Origin: Mizuhopecten yessoensis
Taxonomy: Eukaryota
DNA length: 64,000 nucleotides
Reading direction: 5' to 3'
Assembly (NCBI RefSeq): GCF_002113885.1
Contig: NW_018408881.1
Coordinates: 1,171,659-1,235,658 of the forward strand
The notes under the pieces are model-generated. The model was not told the DNA's origin, ran no database searches, and worked only from the letters and a program-made list of their open reading frames with translations. The position numbers were made by a program, and so were the translations under genes. Below, one piece after another: positions 26,507 to 39,340 of the stretch (positions within the stretch are counted from its first letter, which is position 1; every line of letters begins with the position of its first letter).

Positions 26507-29500
26507 ATGATGACCGGTAGCGTAGTATTGGTGGTATTTGTGTGTGCTAGGGCAGTGTTAGGCCTGCCTTATCTACGTAAAGCAGACCATTACAATGATT
26601 CTGGGCCGCTCTTAAAGTTACCAGATTTGAACAAAGAAGTGTATTATCAACATATGAAATTACCTCTGCGTACATTTGTCGGAGAAAAGGTTTGTATATC
26701 ATCACCATTCTTGTGATAACAAATTCATTACAAATGGTCCGTATCAAATTAGGGTGTAAGTATAATCGAATAACGATCTTGGGTATATCTGCATGTTTTT
26801 GAATGGTTTTACCATATTTTACAGAAAATTGAATATGGCTGTTCGGCTTTTCCTCTGAAGGCAGACGAATACATTGGTAAGTATTGCTTACTTTATATTT
26901 CAAAAGATTTTACTGTGAAATGAAAGTTTTATGTAATTGCCAATTTTACAAAAATAACTCGTGTCTATGTTTTGAATTAAGATATAGTAATGATTCAGAA
27001 TAAATTCTAAAAAGTGAAATGAGTGTCATGCATTTGTTTTGTGTGGGTTTTTTTCTGTTTCGTAGTTAATGCAAATAAAGATAGATTGTATGTTTTATAT
27101 ATTGTATATATAATTACAACATGTGTGTATAATATCAGCTATACATAACTTATGCTTTTATGTTCATTTGCCGCTGTGAACTAGAACAGCTTACAACGTT
27201 TTATACATTATTACAGCCTGTGTGAAAACTACATGTTATACATAAATACAGCGCGTGTACAAAGTAGTCCCAGACTTGTACTGCTCGTGAAAACAATAGG
27301 TTTGTACTCCGTCCACCAGTCGGCAAGTCCGCCCAACCGGCAGTGCATCATTTTTTTTCTTGGCCATATCTCGGAAACTTTGTCATCTTCAATTTCCAAA
27401 TTTTGTATGTTAATTACTCTTGAGATGATCAAGTTTTGCGTATAAAATCATGTCGTATGTTCAGCTCTATACTATACAAATATATATAGTGTGTCCAATT
27501 CGATACTGAAATCTGATGTTATTTGTTATATATTAACTACGTGTTCTGTACATAACTACCAGTATTGTTGGTATTATATGTTATATACAGGAAATGTTAA
27601 CCACGTGTTGTGTAGGTATTGTATATTATATTAACAACTACATATTGTAAGGATATTATTTGCTATTTGTAATATCAGTCTGTATAGGTATTATCTTATA
27701 TACACCTTCCTCGAGTAAATTTTACTCGCTTGTATAGTGCATCTATTACTTTATTATACATGTATGTCTTTCCTCTCTAAGTCATGAGTCAATTTTAATT
27801 GTTATTTACAGTCGAGTATTTGCCCATCGGAGAACGAGATGATGTTTATCACATAACAGTCGATGTATGCGACGTCCCCTATGATGAAGCTCCTATTTGG
27901 TGAGTTGTTCTGTCATTTGCAAATGAGAACTTAGTGATGTTAATATTTATGTTAATATGCTAAATGGAATATCTGTAGATGTTGTTAGATCTTGGTGTGA
28001 AATAGAGGTAATTATTTGCAAATTTTGAGCATAACACTTACCAGCCCGAGAGCCCCCTATAACGTCAAAGAGGAAGTGACGTCACTGAATATTAGTATAG
28101 CTTTATCGAAATCTCAATATTATCTGTATTATACGTACATGTAAGCTATACAAAACAAAACAAGAACAAGTAAATTCACAACTGCAGAACAAAAAGAGAC
28201 ATGTTTGGAACAGTCGGAAGTATGATTCATTATTATCATGGTGTTGATATTTCGAACATATCTATTTTGGTTTATTTATTTATTCATTTCATATATTATT
28301 CGCCGAATATTTCAGTAAATTGCCATCAAGCAATTTGGATCCGTACTTTCTCGTCCAATTTAAACATGGTAGATGCTAAATTTTCCACGTGTCACCCCGA
28401 TTCCTTATATATCTCACCCCTGCAGGTCGGGATCGAGAAAAGAATGCACCTGCTGTTGACCACTGCCATGTATCGTTCGAGACTCATGTGGAAGCTCCCT
28501 TCAGAATTGGGGATTTTGTTTTGTACTTTTTATTAGATGACACGAAAGCGACCAACAAAAATTCTGCTGCACTCATTACAATATTTAGGATCTTCCTTTT
28601 CTTTCTACTTCTAACTACCTTTTATTTCCTAGCGTCTTGCTTGGTTCACCCGTTGTCAGTAAAATTTGAACGGGCGGAATGCTGTGCTGGGTGCCTTCGG
28701 TATGGTATTTCAGTGAGGTAGCACTATAAAGTCGGCATTAGATCCGCGCTATCACAAGGAGGCAACTACGCCAACATACCTTGTTTCCGGTTCACATACA
28801 CGCTTACACAAAACACATGGAGGTACGTCCTTAAATTACCTTAGCTGTTAATAGGAAGTTAAACAATATGAAACCAAACCAAACCGAAAATGTCCCCAAC
28901 CCATTCACCACTCCTTTTTCGTTTCTTACCCGTTTTATAGAGGTACAAAATACAATACATTTTGTTTAACTATGTTTCAGGGAATGCGTTGACCCGACGC
29001 ACGTTTGTAAAGATCACAAGAGAGAATTCCTGTATTCCTGGACGAACGGGGCCCCCGGTTGGACCCTACCAGAAAGTAAGTCACCGACGTACTGTTATGA
29101 ATTCTTTTTCGTGAAGGATTGTTTTTTACTTTAATTTGCGGGGACACTCATTTGAAAAATTAAATTTCCTCAAACAATAATTGAAAATATAATCATAACC
29201 AATATTGAAAAAACATCCTCGCTTTAGCAAGTTTATGTATTCGCAAATAAAGAACGATATATTTTCGAAATTAACTGCACTGAACAAAAGGTGATTTAAA
29301 GAGTATAATCAACAACGATTACAACCTGTATTATAATATTCTTACTTTATCCGATACATTGAAATAAAATTGTGTTTAGTCTAAACCATTTTGTAGGATT
29401 TGTATGACGGGAGATAACAGATAACACTGCTGTTGCCTTGCCTTTTCTTCTTCTTACTTATGTCGATTTTTAGTTGAAATATATTTTTTCTTGATGGCGC

Positions 29501-32500
29501 TGTTTAATATTTGCTTTTTCACCTTTTCATTCATTCGAATGTATATAGTCAATAAAACACTCTATTAAAAATATTTGTACTACATACTTGTTAGGTGGTC
29601 ATGACGTCATGACATTGTGACATTATAATAATAAGAAGATAGCACTAACCGATGATTGCTATTGAACTAACGAAGTACTACTTTCAATTTTAACAAAAAC
29701 TGTGATTGAAATAAAAGAATGTATCATCATATTGTGTGAATCTTGAAAACTACAATCGTGAAAATCTTTGTTTTATTTTATATATCAGATACCGGAATAT
29801 ACACCGGTAATAAACCCCGGTATGTTATAATACAAGTCCATGGACGTGACGACATCTCAGGTAAATTCACCTTTGGATAATTTAAATAAGGAAAGTAAAG
29901 GATACAATTTAAAACGTGCATCCCAATGCAATTACACAATGTAAGTTATACATGTGTGTAAACATAGCATCGAGGTCGTTCAATTTCCCTGAGCATGTTT
30001 AGGTAAAAATTTATGATGTACATTTCCGTATACGCTATATACACGATAAAATGGGGCTTCGTCTCGATATGGTACTATGTACATGTATATATGTACACAA
30101 GACAAAAATGTTAATACCGAAGTTTGTCCACAGCATATGTTGTTAGGGCCCCATATAGAGGATGCGGGTGAGCGATACTAATTCGAATTTTCGTCTGTCA
30201 CAATAAAACAAGGTATCAACTGACCAAAGGTCAAGGTCACTGGGTCAAAGGTCCAGGTCAAATTTTGTGTCTTCCCTGATGAACATTTTGTTATGACATT
30301 ATGAAGCAAAGATGGTTGGAATTTAACAAAGAGTCAGCTGACTTAAGGCCAGGGTCACTGGATCAAAGATTAAGGTAAAATTCAGTATCTTTTCACTGGG
30401 GAACATTTTGCTATGACACTTTGAAGCAATGTTGGTCAGAATTAAACAAGGAGTCATTTGACCAGAGGTCAAGGTTACGTGTTCCAAAGGTTCAATGTCA
30501 AGGTAAGGTTTTGTATTTTTCACTGATGGACATTTTGTTATGATATTATGAAGCAAATTTGGTTGGAATTGAAAAATGAGTCAACTGACCAAAGATCAGG
30601 GTCACTAAGTTAAAGGTCAAGGTCATTTGGGTCCAAAGGTCAAAGACAAAGTTGATCTCTTACTTTGACCCTGGCTTTTGATGGGGGAAGTATTTAAGGC
30701 TAACAAGTGAGTATTGCACCGGTATTTAAATTTCTGTAAGCCCAGCAAATATGGAAGTGGAAAGAAACAAGACTCACATCATAGTACATGTAAAATGTCT
30801 ATTTTGCTTCCTTGCAAATGTTTTTGAAGTCCAAATGTCAAACTTCAAGCTCAGCTATATGGGCAGATTGCTTCTTGATGATTACGGGGGATATATTGCC
30901 ACAAGACGAGGCCCTTACTGACCTGTCAGTGTTCTAGTTTCACCTACGTTGACCAAACTTGCTAAAGTTTTAATGTATCTTGGGAGGCATGAGTGTCGAA
31001 TTCTAAATTCGGGTCTCGGGTCCCACTATATAAAGCGATATGGCCCTTTGTTAATATACAGGATTTTTTCTATTGTCTAATAAGGGGAGACATATGTTTT
31101 TGTTCACAAAACCAAAATTCTAGTTAAAAAGTGTGACACATTTATTGAGAGAGTACACAGTATATAAGAATACGTATTCAAGATAAATTCTTATACATGT
31201 GCAGCTTTCTTTTTAATATCTTTCGACAACAATATGGGATATGCGTCGATTCTGTTAATAAAAGAATGATTATGTACGCATGTTATGTACATGATAAATT
31301 TGTAATCCAAGTTTCCTCGAGTTTTTTCTTCTCGTTTTCAGAGGAACGTGTCTCGGACTTCGCACACATGCGTTTGAAAATCCGGACCACCCGGTGTGTA
31401 TCACTCCTACTAACTATTAATCAAACACACATTACAAAATGTTAAACAACTTTTAACACATTTTCTTATAATTATATAAACGTCACTCATTCAACATCGA
31501 TGTCTACTTTGTGTTATCCTCTTTGTTATGATGCCCAATAATAGACAATAGACTGTTACTGATATTAACCCGACAACAAATATATTTAATATTAATAATA
31601 CTTTCATAAAATTATTTTTATCCGCTGCTATATTTATACTAAGTAAACATAATTATCGAACTGTGCTATCTTGTTTCCACCAGTCCCCGACTAGCTGCAG
31701 CTGTTAGTAGATACGCCGGCACCGGCTCTATACCTCCTCACGTAGAAAGTAAGTATATTATCATGTACATATTGATGAATAATACGTACGAATAATCACT
31801 ATGATCACATGATGTGATGTATTTTCGTATACAAATCCATATATAATAAACTAAAATTTGCAATGGTGTTTTTTTTTCAAAAAATAAAACAAAGTTTCAT
31901 TTTGTTGAATTATTGGTGATTGAAAGTCTTTCAAGGCGTATTTTCAATATCGCCGATATATGACATGAATGAAACAGAATGCACTTTATCAGAACTAGGT
32001 GATCATTTTTGAATAAACGAATTTTAAGATGAACTCAAATAAAATATAAAAGAATAACAATAAAAAATAATTTTAAAAAGCAGATATCAAAATTGTTAAA
32101 ACAGAGTAACACAGGGAAGTTTTTCACTTACACCATTAAAAAGTACATATAGAATAGTATCAGGTGTTCCGAATTCAATTAAAAAGACAAGCACTTATCT
32201 AGGTCACAATTATATAATATGATAACTTCAGTTTTGTTGAGGAAGGTACATGCACTGTGTTTATTCTACCTTTAGATTTCACCGTTGACACTGCGTGTGT
32301 ATGGAACAGGACAACACCTACGCCTATATTAGCTTACGGAATACATACACACGGTAGAGGTCAGTCATTATGTACCTGACGTCAAGTACACATACAGGAA
32401 ATCTTAGGGACGACCTCTTCATTCAAGTTGACGTGTGTCTTTTACTTTTACGTTTGTTTTATTTCATTTCAACAAAGTTTATTCATGACGTTGTATGAAT

Positions 32501-35500
32501 TGGATCGAACAACAGGCTATGCCTATATCAGTTTTCTCCTGCATGCATTTGTATTAATCAGCATATATATATTATAATTTATAGTGAAACGAAAGATGTA
32601 AAAAAAACAGACAACTTATATATAAAACAGATATCAATGTGCAAGTCATGTGGTAAAGGTAAGATAATTCTAACTGCTTCTGAAAGTTCACAAGTCAAGC
32701 TGTGCTCCTTCCTGACCTCACCGGAGTAATGAGTGAGTTTAAGTCATATTCCTTTACTAGATTCTCCCCGGGAGTTCAAAATCCACACAGAGTGACTCAT
32801 AGATAGTTGAATATTCGGCTTATTTAATTAAATATTATTAATAAGCTATGTCAATATTGTATGGTATATCAATATTCACATTAATAATACGTTAAGAATA
32901 TAATTATACAACTACTTGTTATTAATTACAAAATACAAGTCCATGTTGATTTAAGGGTGAGTATATTATATTAACGTTTGTTTGATAACATTTTTAATTT
33001 TATGTTTTTATCGACAATTTGTCGGCCCTAATGACTAACACAGATTGGCTGTTGACCATATAATGATAATAACAAAACTCTTCATTACTGCATTACCTGT
33101 TGTCAGTCTAGGTAATTTGTAATACTTACATATATATATATATATATATATATAACATTTTTATAATGTCATGTATTTACTGAAATCAGCTCCTGCATAT
33201 ATTACTTTTATTAAACATATACAACTGGTCTTAGTTTTTATTTACGAGAGTGTCAATGTCTTTATAATTGTGACTTGTTTTAAAACAATAAATCCATATA
33301 ATATCATCGTACCAATGTCGAGATTTTGGGTTTAAGTTAATTTTAGATCTAAAATTTAGTTAAGGATATGCAGACAAATACACAAGCATTTGAATATGAC
33401 GTAATGACAATTGTTATTTTAAAATGGAAAATTTAAGTTGTATTGAACTTCATGAGAACTCGTTTAAATTATGAATTAAGATCGATATCAAATTACAGAC
33501 ACGATTCTCACAAAAACTGTAACGTCCTAAGAGGTTTCTCCGCAATGATTTTAGGTGTGAAATGGTTAGGGCAATGCCAATAATATTTTGACGTAAGGGA
33601 TCGGGCCGTTGCGGTTTATGGGCAAATCGTCTGCCCCCACCCATCCCTCCTGTTTCATTTTATACTCTTTTCTAATATTAGGAGTTGCATTGTCCGGTTA
33701 CATTGTGAGAAAAGGCAAATGGATCGAGATTGGACGTGGTGATCCGGTGTACCCACTGGTAAGTTAGTGTGTCGATATCAGAATATGTGGCATATAGTAT
33801 TGATAGAACAAAATATGAAAAGGATTCAATGTTATTTTAATCTTAGGTGTATCAAACTTTCACTATTTATTCCATGTACGTTTAAAATTGTATTTGCATC
33901 GGTTGAACACGGAACATTTATTTCGCCTACCAATGGAGCGTGTACATACACAATCTGTCGAATAGTTATTAGCTGTTAGCTTCTTCCTCCAACTAGTAAC
34001 TACCAGTCCGTCTTGAAACGTTGCAACACATTAACATGTACATATTTTATCTGAAAAATGTAATTCTATTTTTTCAAAATTGATTTATGTTGTTGAAGAT
34101 ACAAAACGGAGTTGATTTACTGTATTCGTAGTAAAATCTATAAAATAAAATTGTGTATCATTATTACAGACAATGTTTGACATCACAGAGAGAAATATTT
34201 GGCTTCAACCCGGAGATGTTGTAGTAAGTACTGAATGTTTATTTCAATAAAGCAGCACCAGATTTTTTTTGTATGCATTAACATTATGCGGTCGAGGGAA
34301 ACAGTTCATCTGGTGGGTCCCAACTCCGAGGGAAAATGGGTTTGACTGTTGACTGATAAGGCATGAAACAACTGTTTTGTTACTTGATCAATGAAAAACA
34401 AAAATTTGAGTAAGTCACAATCCAACATTTCAAAAAAAAACAAAAAAACTGGAACACTTATAGCTAGTGGTAATGAATATGTAGGTTTTGCACCACTCCG
34501 TGTAAATTCAGGGGATACCGTCTCACCGACGCAGTCTCATATTAATATAATGTAACAAATCAATGTTTACTAAACAAATAAACAACAAATTAATGTCCTT
34601 TCTAGCTAGTGGTAATGAATGAAAAATGTTTCATGTAAACCATATCTGACTTACAGCATGGAATTTTTGTGTACGTAGTCCTGCATAAAAACCTTTGAGG
34701 TGCTCATTCAATGTTTGTACTTCTGCCGACTCAAAGTCGGTTATTGGTATTTTCTTTGCGTCACATAATGCGGCTAAAATTATGACGGCCCCCTTTATAA
34801 TATTCTTCGTGTTAGCAGCGTCATGGTTCTCAATCAGTTGAGGTAAGGATTCATCACTGATTTCTTCAAACCTGTCCATGTCGAATGTACCGACAGACGA
34901 CCGTCAACAATCCAGTACCAAAAACGCTTGATCATCGGGGTGCTTGTAATTATAGGTGCTTTCGATTACCTAACACGTGACCAGTCAACAGTCGTAGGGT
35001 AGCAAGCACCAGTTCATCACGTGACCAGTCAACAGTCGTAGGGTAGCAAGCACCGATTCATCACGTGACCAGTCAACATTTTTACGGTAGCACACATTAG
35101 CTATAGTTCGTTTGGTGAATTGTCTGGGAAACAGTTGAAATTGATTAATATGCATTTATATAGCGTGTCAGGTAACAATTTATACTGTTTCATATAATCC
35201 TTCCCCTATGGTGTACTGTGAAATCAGATATTTCGTGGGGCCCACATTTCGTGGTTTCCCGAAAAATAATTCATGAGGACATGAATTCATGGATTACAAG
35301 TACCCACTAATACGGAGAATTGCTTTATGTCAAACTTGAATTACTCAGTAGACCTTTGAATTCGTGGAGGATTACCCACGAACTCAACAAAATTAAAGAC
35401 CCTTCGAAAATGAGTGATTTCAAAGTATTTCAACATTTGCTTAGAAACACATTAGATGTGTATTTTCATTCCTTTGATAAACAGTATATCTAATGTGTCC

Positions 35501-36329
35501 TTACGTGATGAAACGGCCATATAGTGAAGTAAAAATGTAGGTTTTGTTCAGCTTCTTGCATTGAAAGTTTGAAGTGTTTAAATTGGTGCTTCCTTTTTAG
35601 GTATATCTACTTATTATTTGAATGATTTAATTTTGCATTTATCCTGGTTCCTTTTATTTAATTCAAATTTACGCAACATATGCCTTGTTATCCACCTGAA
35701 TTTAAGGTAATGTTTCCAATACATTGTATGTTCAGTGCCAAATGTATCAAATCTGTGTATTACGTATCTAGGCAACGAGATGTACCTACCGCAATACCGG
35801 AAACACACGAATCCAGATGGGGTAAGACTGTTAAAAGATTTCTCTCTGTAATGTAGGCAAGGTCAAATGAGAAATGTTTGAATTGAAAACATATTTGAGA
35901 AAATGCTTTAAAATATTGATATGTTGTCACTACGAGTTATCCATACCTCGGTACGTTGGTAGTGGATAAGTGTAATTTTGTAGAAGACCAGTGTAAGTTT
36001 ATAGTACACCAGTGTAATTTTTAAGAGGACCAGTGACAGTATATCTGATCTCTTTGTTCACTTGTGATCAATAAAATATGTATATAATTTATTGACTCCA
36101 TATTACTTATATTTTCAGGTTCAACCACGTCAATGAGATGTGTAACTATTTTTTGTATTACGGTGTTTCTTCCGATTCAATTGCTGAGGCCAAGTCACTA
36201 GCGTGTTCAAGAGAGGGGGGAGGATGGGACCAACTGTTTGACAACATCCCAGCTGACGCAAGCGATCCTAGTGGCGACACGGAACAGTCTCGCTTTGTCA
36301 AAAAGTACCATCTTACCAGAAGTTACTGA
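26507..36329 (+). CDS. Divergent monofunctional peptidylglycine alpha-hydroxylating monooxygenase (PHM)-like copper monooxygenase, 360 aa, secreted; 12 exons: 26507-26689, 26825-26876, 27812-27899, 28981-29075, 29789-29860, 31342-31393, 31684-31748, 32276-32359, 33682-33758, 34170-34223, 35772-35821, 36119-36329
   Basis: All introns are GT-AG with compatible phases; total 1083 nt. Signal peptide MMTGSVVLVVFVCARAVLG. PHM-colinear motifs: EYGC, DVYHITVDVC, FLYSWTNGAPGWTLP, YVIIQVH, SIPP, LAYGIHTHGRG, SGYIVRKGKWIEIGRGDP, PGDVVATRC, NEMCNYFLYY, LFDNIPADA. Eight PHM core Cys are retained. AATAAA at 36525-36530. Confidence 0.92.
28641..28890 (+). mobile_element. SINE (dominant family, 5'-truncated) in PHM-like intron 3
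   Basis: Core plus AAACC tail. Confidence 0.8.
30110..31125 (+). repeat. HINE-like element with about 120-bp internal tandem repeats
   Basis: Four units containing TGACC...GGTCA(A/G)GGTCAC at about 30217, 30335, 30455 and 30582; 3' end ...TTCTAGTT. Confidence 0.55.
34631..34879 (-). mobile_element. Crypton-like (DUF3504-associated tyrosine recombinase) N-terminal remnant in PHM-like intron 10
   Basis: RFEEISDESLPQLIENHDAANTK...TDFE...LNEHLKGFYAGLRTQK matches my recollection of CryptonA/KCTD1/ZMYM-type N-termini; a 45-bp tandem repeat with CACGTG lies upstream (34973-35080). Confidence 0.6.
35215..35427. mobile_element. MITE
   Basis: Termini TACTGTGAAATCA...TGATTTCAAAGTA. Confidence 0.55.
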
Positions 36330-37539
36330 AAGGTTATTTACAGTCATCGTTTTTATCATTTAAACATGTAACGAGTACTTCATATAATGGTTTTCTAACA
36401 GTGACAGTTTGGGGGAAAACAAATCAGACAAACAAGAAACTTTTGGTGTTTAATGTTCGCCGTACCGATGCCAAAACTGTTAATATTAATTCGAAACCTC
36501 TTTTACTGTCATTGAAATTGCTTTAATAAATCTTGTTTGAAAATGATCTCCTGTCTAACGGAAAAAGCCCTGAAAATACTTCAAAGATGGAATTAAACAG
36601 TAATGCTTATAAAAAGTGCTGCGAGAGTAAAAAAGGGACTAGGCCGGGATTCGAACCCTTGGCCTCCAATCATCAGAGCATGGTGGCTATAAACAACAAT
36701 TTAGCTAAGTGATCAGCGATAGTTCACGGACCAAGTCGCACTATGCTTGCATCCAAAAACGATATTAAGGGGAGGTAACTGTTTGTATACAAAAAACACA
36801 GATGAATTATTTTATATTTGCCGACAACTGGATAAAAACCTAAATTATTCATAGTTTTCCATACGGAAGCAATACATCCTGTCTCCGGTAATATTACACA
36901 CACGCACGCTTACACAACACACATGGAGACACGTCCTTAAATGACCTGAGATGTTGAAAGGACGTTAAAAAATAAAAGCAAACCAAACCTTTGAAGGGTT
37001 AGATGCTATTATCTGCTTAACAAACAATATTTAGGTAATGACAACAACTGGTTCACCCGTTTTAAGCATGATGTGATTGAAAGAAAAGCTCTGCTAGGTG
37101 TCTGCGGCATAGTATTTCAGTGAGATATCACTATAAAATCGGCGTCAGATCCGCGCTTTCAAGGAGGTAAAAACACCAAAATACCCGAGACCTATACACA
37201 AATGCACACATTCACAAAAACCCATGAGGCATGTCCTTACATGCCCTAAGCTGTTGACGTTAAACCCTATAAACCAAACCATAATGGTTACAATACTTGT
37301 ACATCTACATTTTCGACAAAACTATAACGTACATGTATAATAGCGTACTTGATAGTGTTGAAAAAGGTGCCAAAGTAAGGACTGCAAAAATCAAGACTTG
37401 GCAACTATTTTTATGTTGTTTTCAGTTTATCATTATTATTATTATTTTAATCCAAAACAAGAGACCATATTCTTATTAAATACTATAGTGTGCTATACAT
37501 ATTTCACTGGCAAACTTTGTCGGCTCCAACTGTTGAAAC

Positions 37540-38395
37540 TACCGGCCAAATATTATTATATGATTCTATGCTTTTTGGTTGTTCTTCAAAGTTGTTTAAC
37601 ATATTTTTCCCTGTGACCTTGTATGTAGGTCAAGGTAATTTTCCTTCCCAAACTTTGTTGGCTCTATCCCAAGAAGCTACCAGCCACATCTTATGGATCC
37701 ATTCCTTTAGATTCTTCAGAGGAAGTCGTTTGAAATGTTGTTGACCTCTGTAACCTTTAACGTAGGTTGCGGTCATTTTCATTTGCAAACTTCGGTGATC
37801 TCTATCCCAAGAAGCCACCAGGCCAATATGAAAATTCTATACCTTTTAGTTCTTCAGGAAAAGTCGTTTGAAGTGTTTGACACATTTTACCCCTGTGACC
37901 TTGAAAATTGGTCGAGGTCATTTTCATTCTAAAACTTGGTCAGGATTTATCCAAGAAAGCAACCAGCCAAATATGATGATTCTATACCTTTTAGTTTTTC
38001 AGAAGAAGTCGTTTGAAGCGTTTGACATATTTGACCATTATGTCCTGGATAGTAGGTCAAGGTCATTTTCATTCTTAAACTTTGTCTGGCTCTATCCTAG
38101 AAAGCCACCAGCTAAATATGAAAGTTCTATACGTTTCAGTTCTTTAGAAGAATTCGTTTGAAGTGTTTGACACATGAGACCTCTGTGACCTTGAAAATAG
38201 GTCAAGGTCATTTTCGTTCTCAAACCTTGTCGGCTTCCTACCAAAGAAACTTTCAGCCAAATACCAAGACTCTTGGCCTTTCCGTTCCTCAGAAGAAGTT
38301 GTTTAAAGGAAACTTGACGGACAACGCCGGATGACGGACGGACGACGGACGCGCACCATCACATAGCTCACTTGCCCTCGGGCAGGTGAGTTTTA
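37540..38395 (-). mobile_element. HINE/pearl-like element with about 145-bp internal repeats
   Basis: CCTGTGACCTTG...GGTCAAGGTCATTTTC units, GACG microsatellite and terminal AGCTCACTTGCCC...GGGCAGGTGAG hairpin. Confidence 0.75.
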
Positions 38396-39340
38396 AATAC
38401 AACAGAAAAAATATTTGAACCTTAATCATAACTTTAAAGTGAGGAATAAACAGCCTTTTTAATTCACTTAAACTCTGAGAGCATGTTGAACACATTTTCC
38501 AGGATCGATGCTAAAAATATCAAACGGGTTGGGGGTCGGGGTATTAATGACAGTGGTCTATGTTATAAAAGTACAAGTACGACAGGGCTAGACAAGGACT
38601 CGTACTGGTCCATCTGACCAACTGCATAACAATATTAAACATAATAAACTTTATTTTCTGAGGATAAAACCTGTTAAGCAAAGGTCCTCTTGTTAGTTAA
38701 ATATTAGTTAGTGAAATTACAATTTCAACATTATCACAGACATGATAGTAAAACATCTAATATTAATAAATGTTTTGACAGACATGTGGATATTAGTATA
38801 TATATATCTATATATATAAAGAAAGTACATGTAACAGCTTATAAAGATCATGGTTTGCATATTAGACAATTTCAATTATAATATACATGCAGGCAGTCAC
38901 AATTACCATGCTAAAAAAGAGTGGGAGTAAACAGGTTTATCACAGGAAACACAAAAGTTGTTTTGCACTTCAACCTGAGCTGCGTCATGCATAACATGTC
39001 ACGAGCCATATACAGTAAAACACGTTTTACCTTTTGGTGTGTTTGATATATTTTCCTTTAACATGTATTATCTACGGTGTATTTCTTTAACATGTATTAT
39101 CTATTTCTTATTGGCCCTTATAACCTCTTTCGTGTTGATTAGCCTATAAGAATCCAATAATAACAATGATGATAATAACACCCAAAACAAAATCATTCAG
39201 GATACTGTACATTGGAATTATCTAGTGTTGTGCCTGAATTGATGGTTTGTTTTTATTTTGTTTAACGTTAACAGCTAACAGTTAACAGTTAACAGCTGAG
39301 GTCATTTAAGGACGTGCCTCCATGTGTTTGTGTATGCATG

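Noticed and set aside
36635-36720. tRNA gene candidates (also 58895-58990)
   Set aside because: Only a B-box-like GGTTCGA motif with no convincing cloverleaf; more likely SINE heads.
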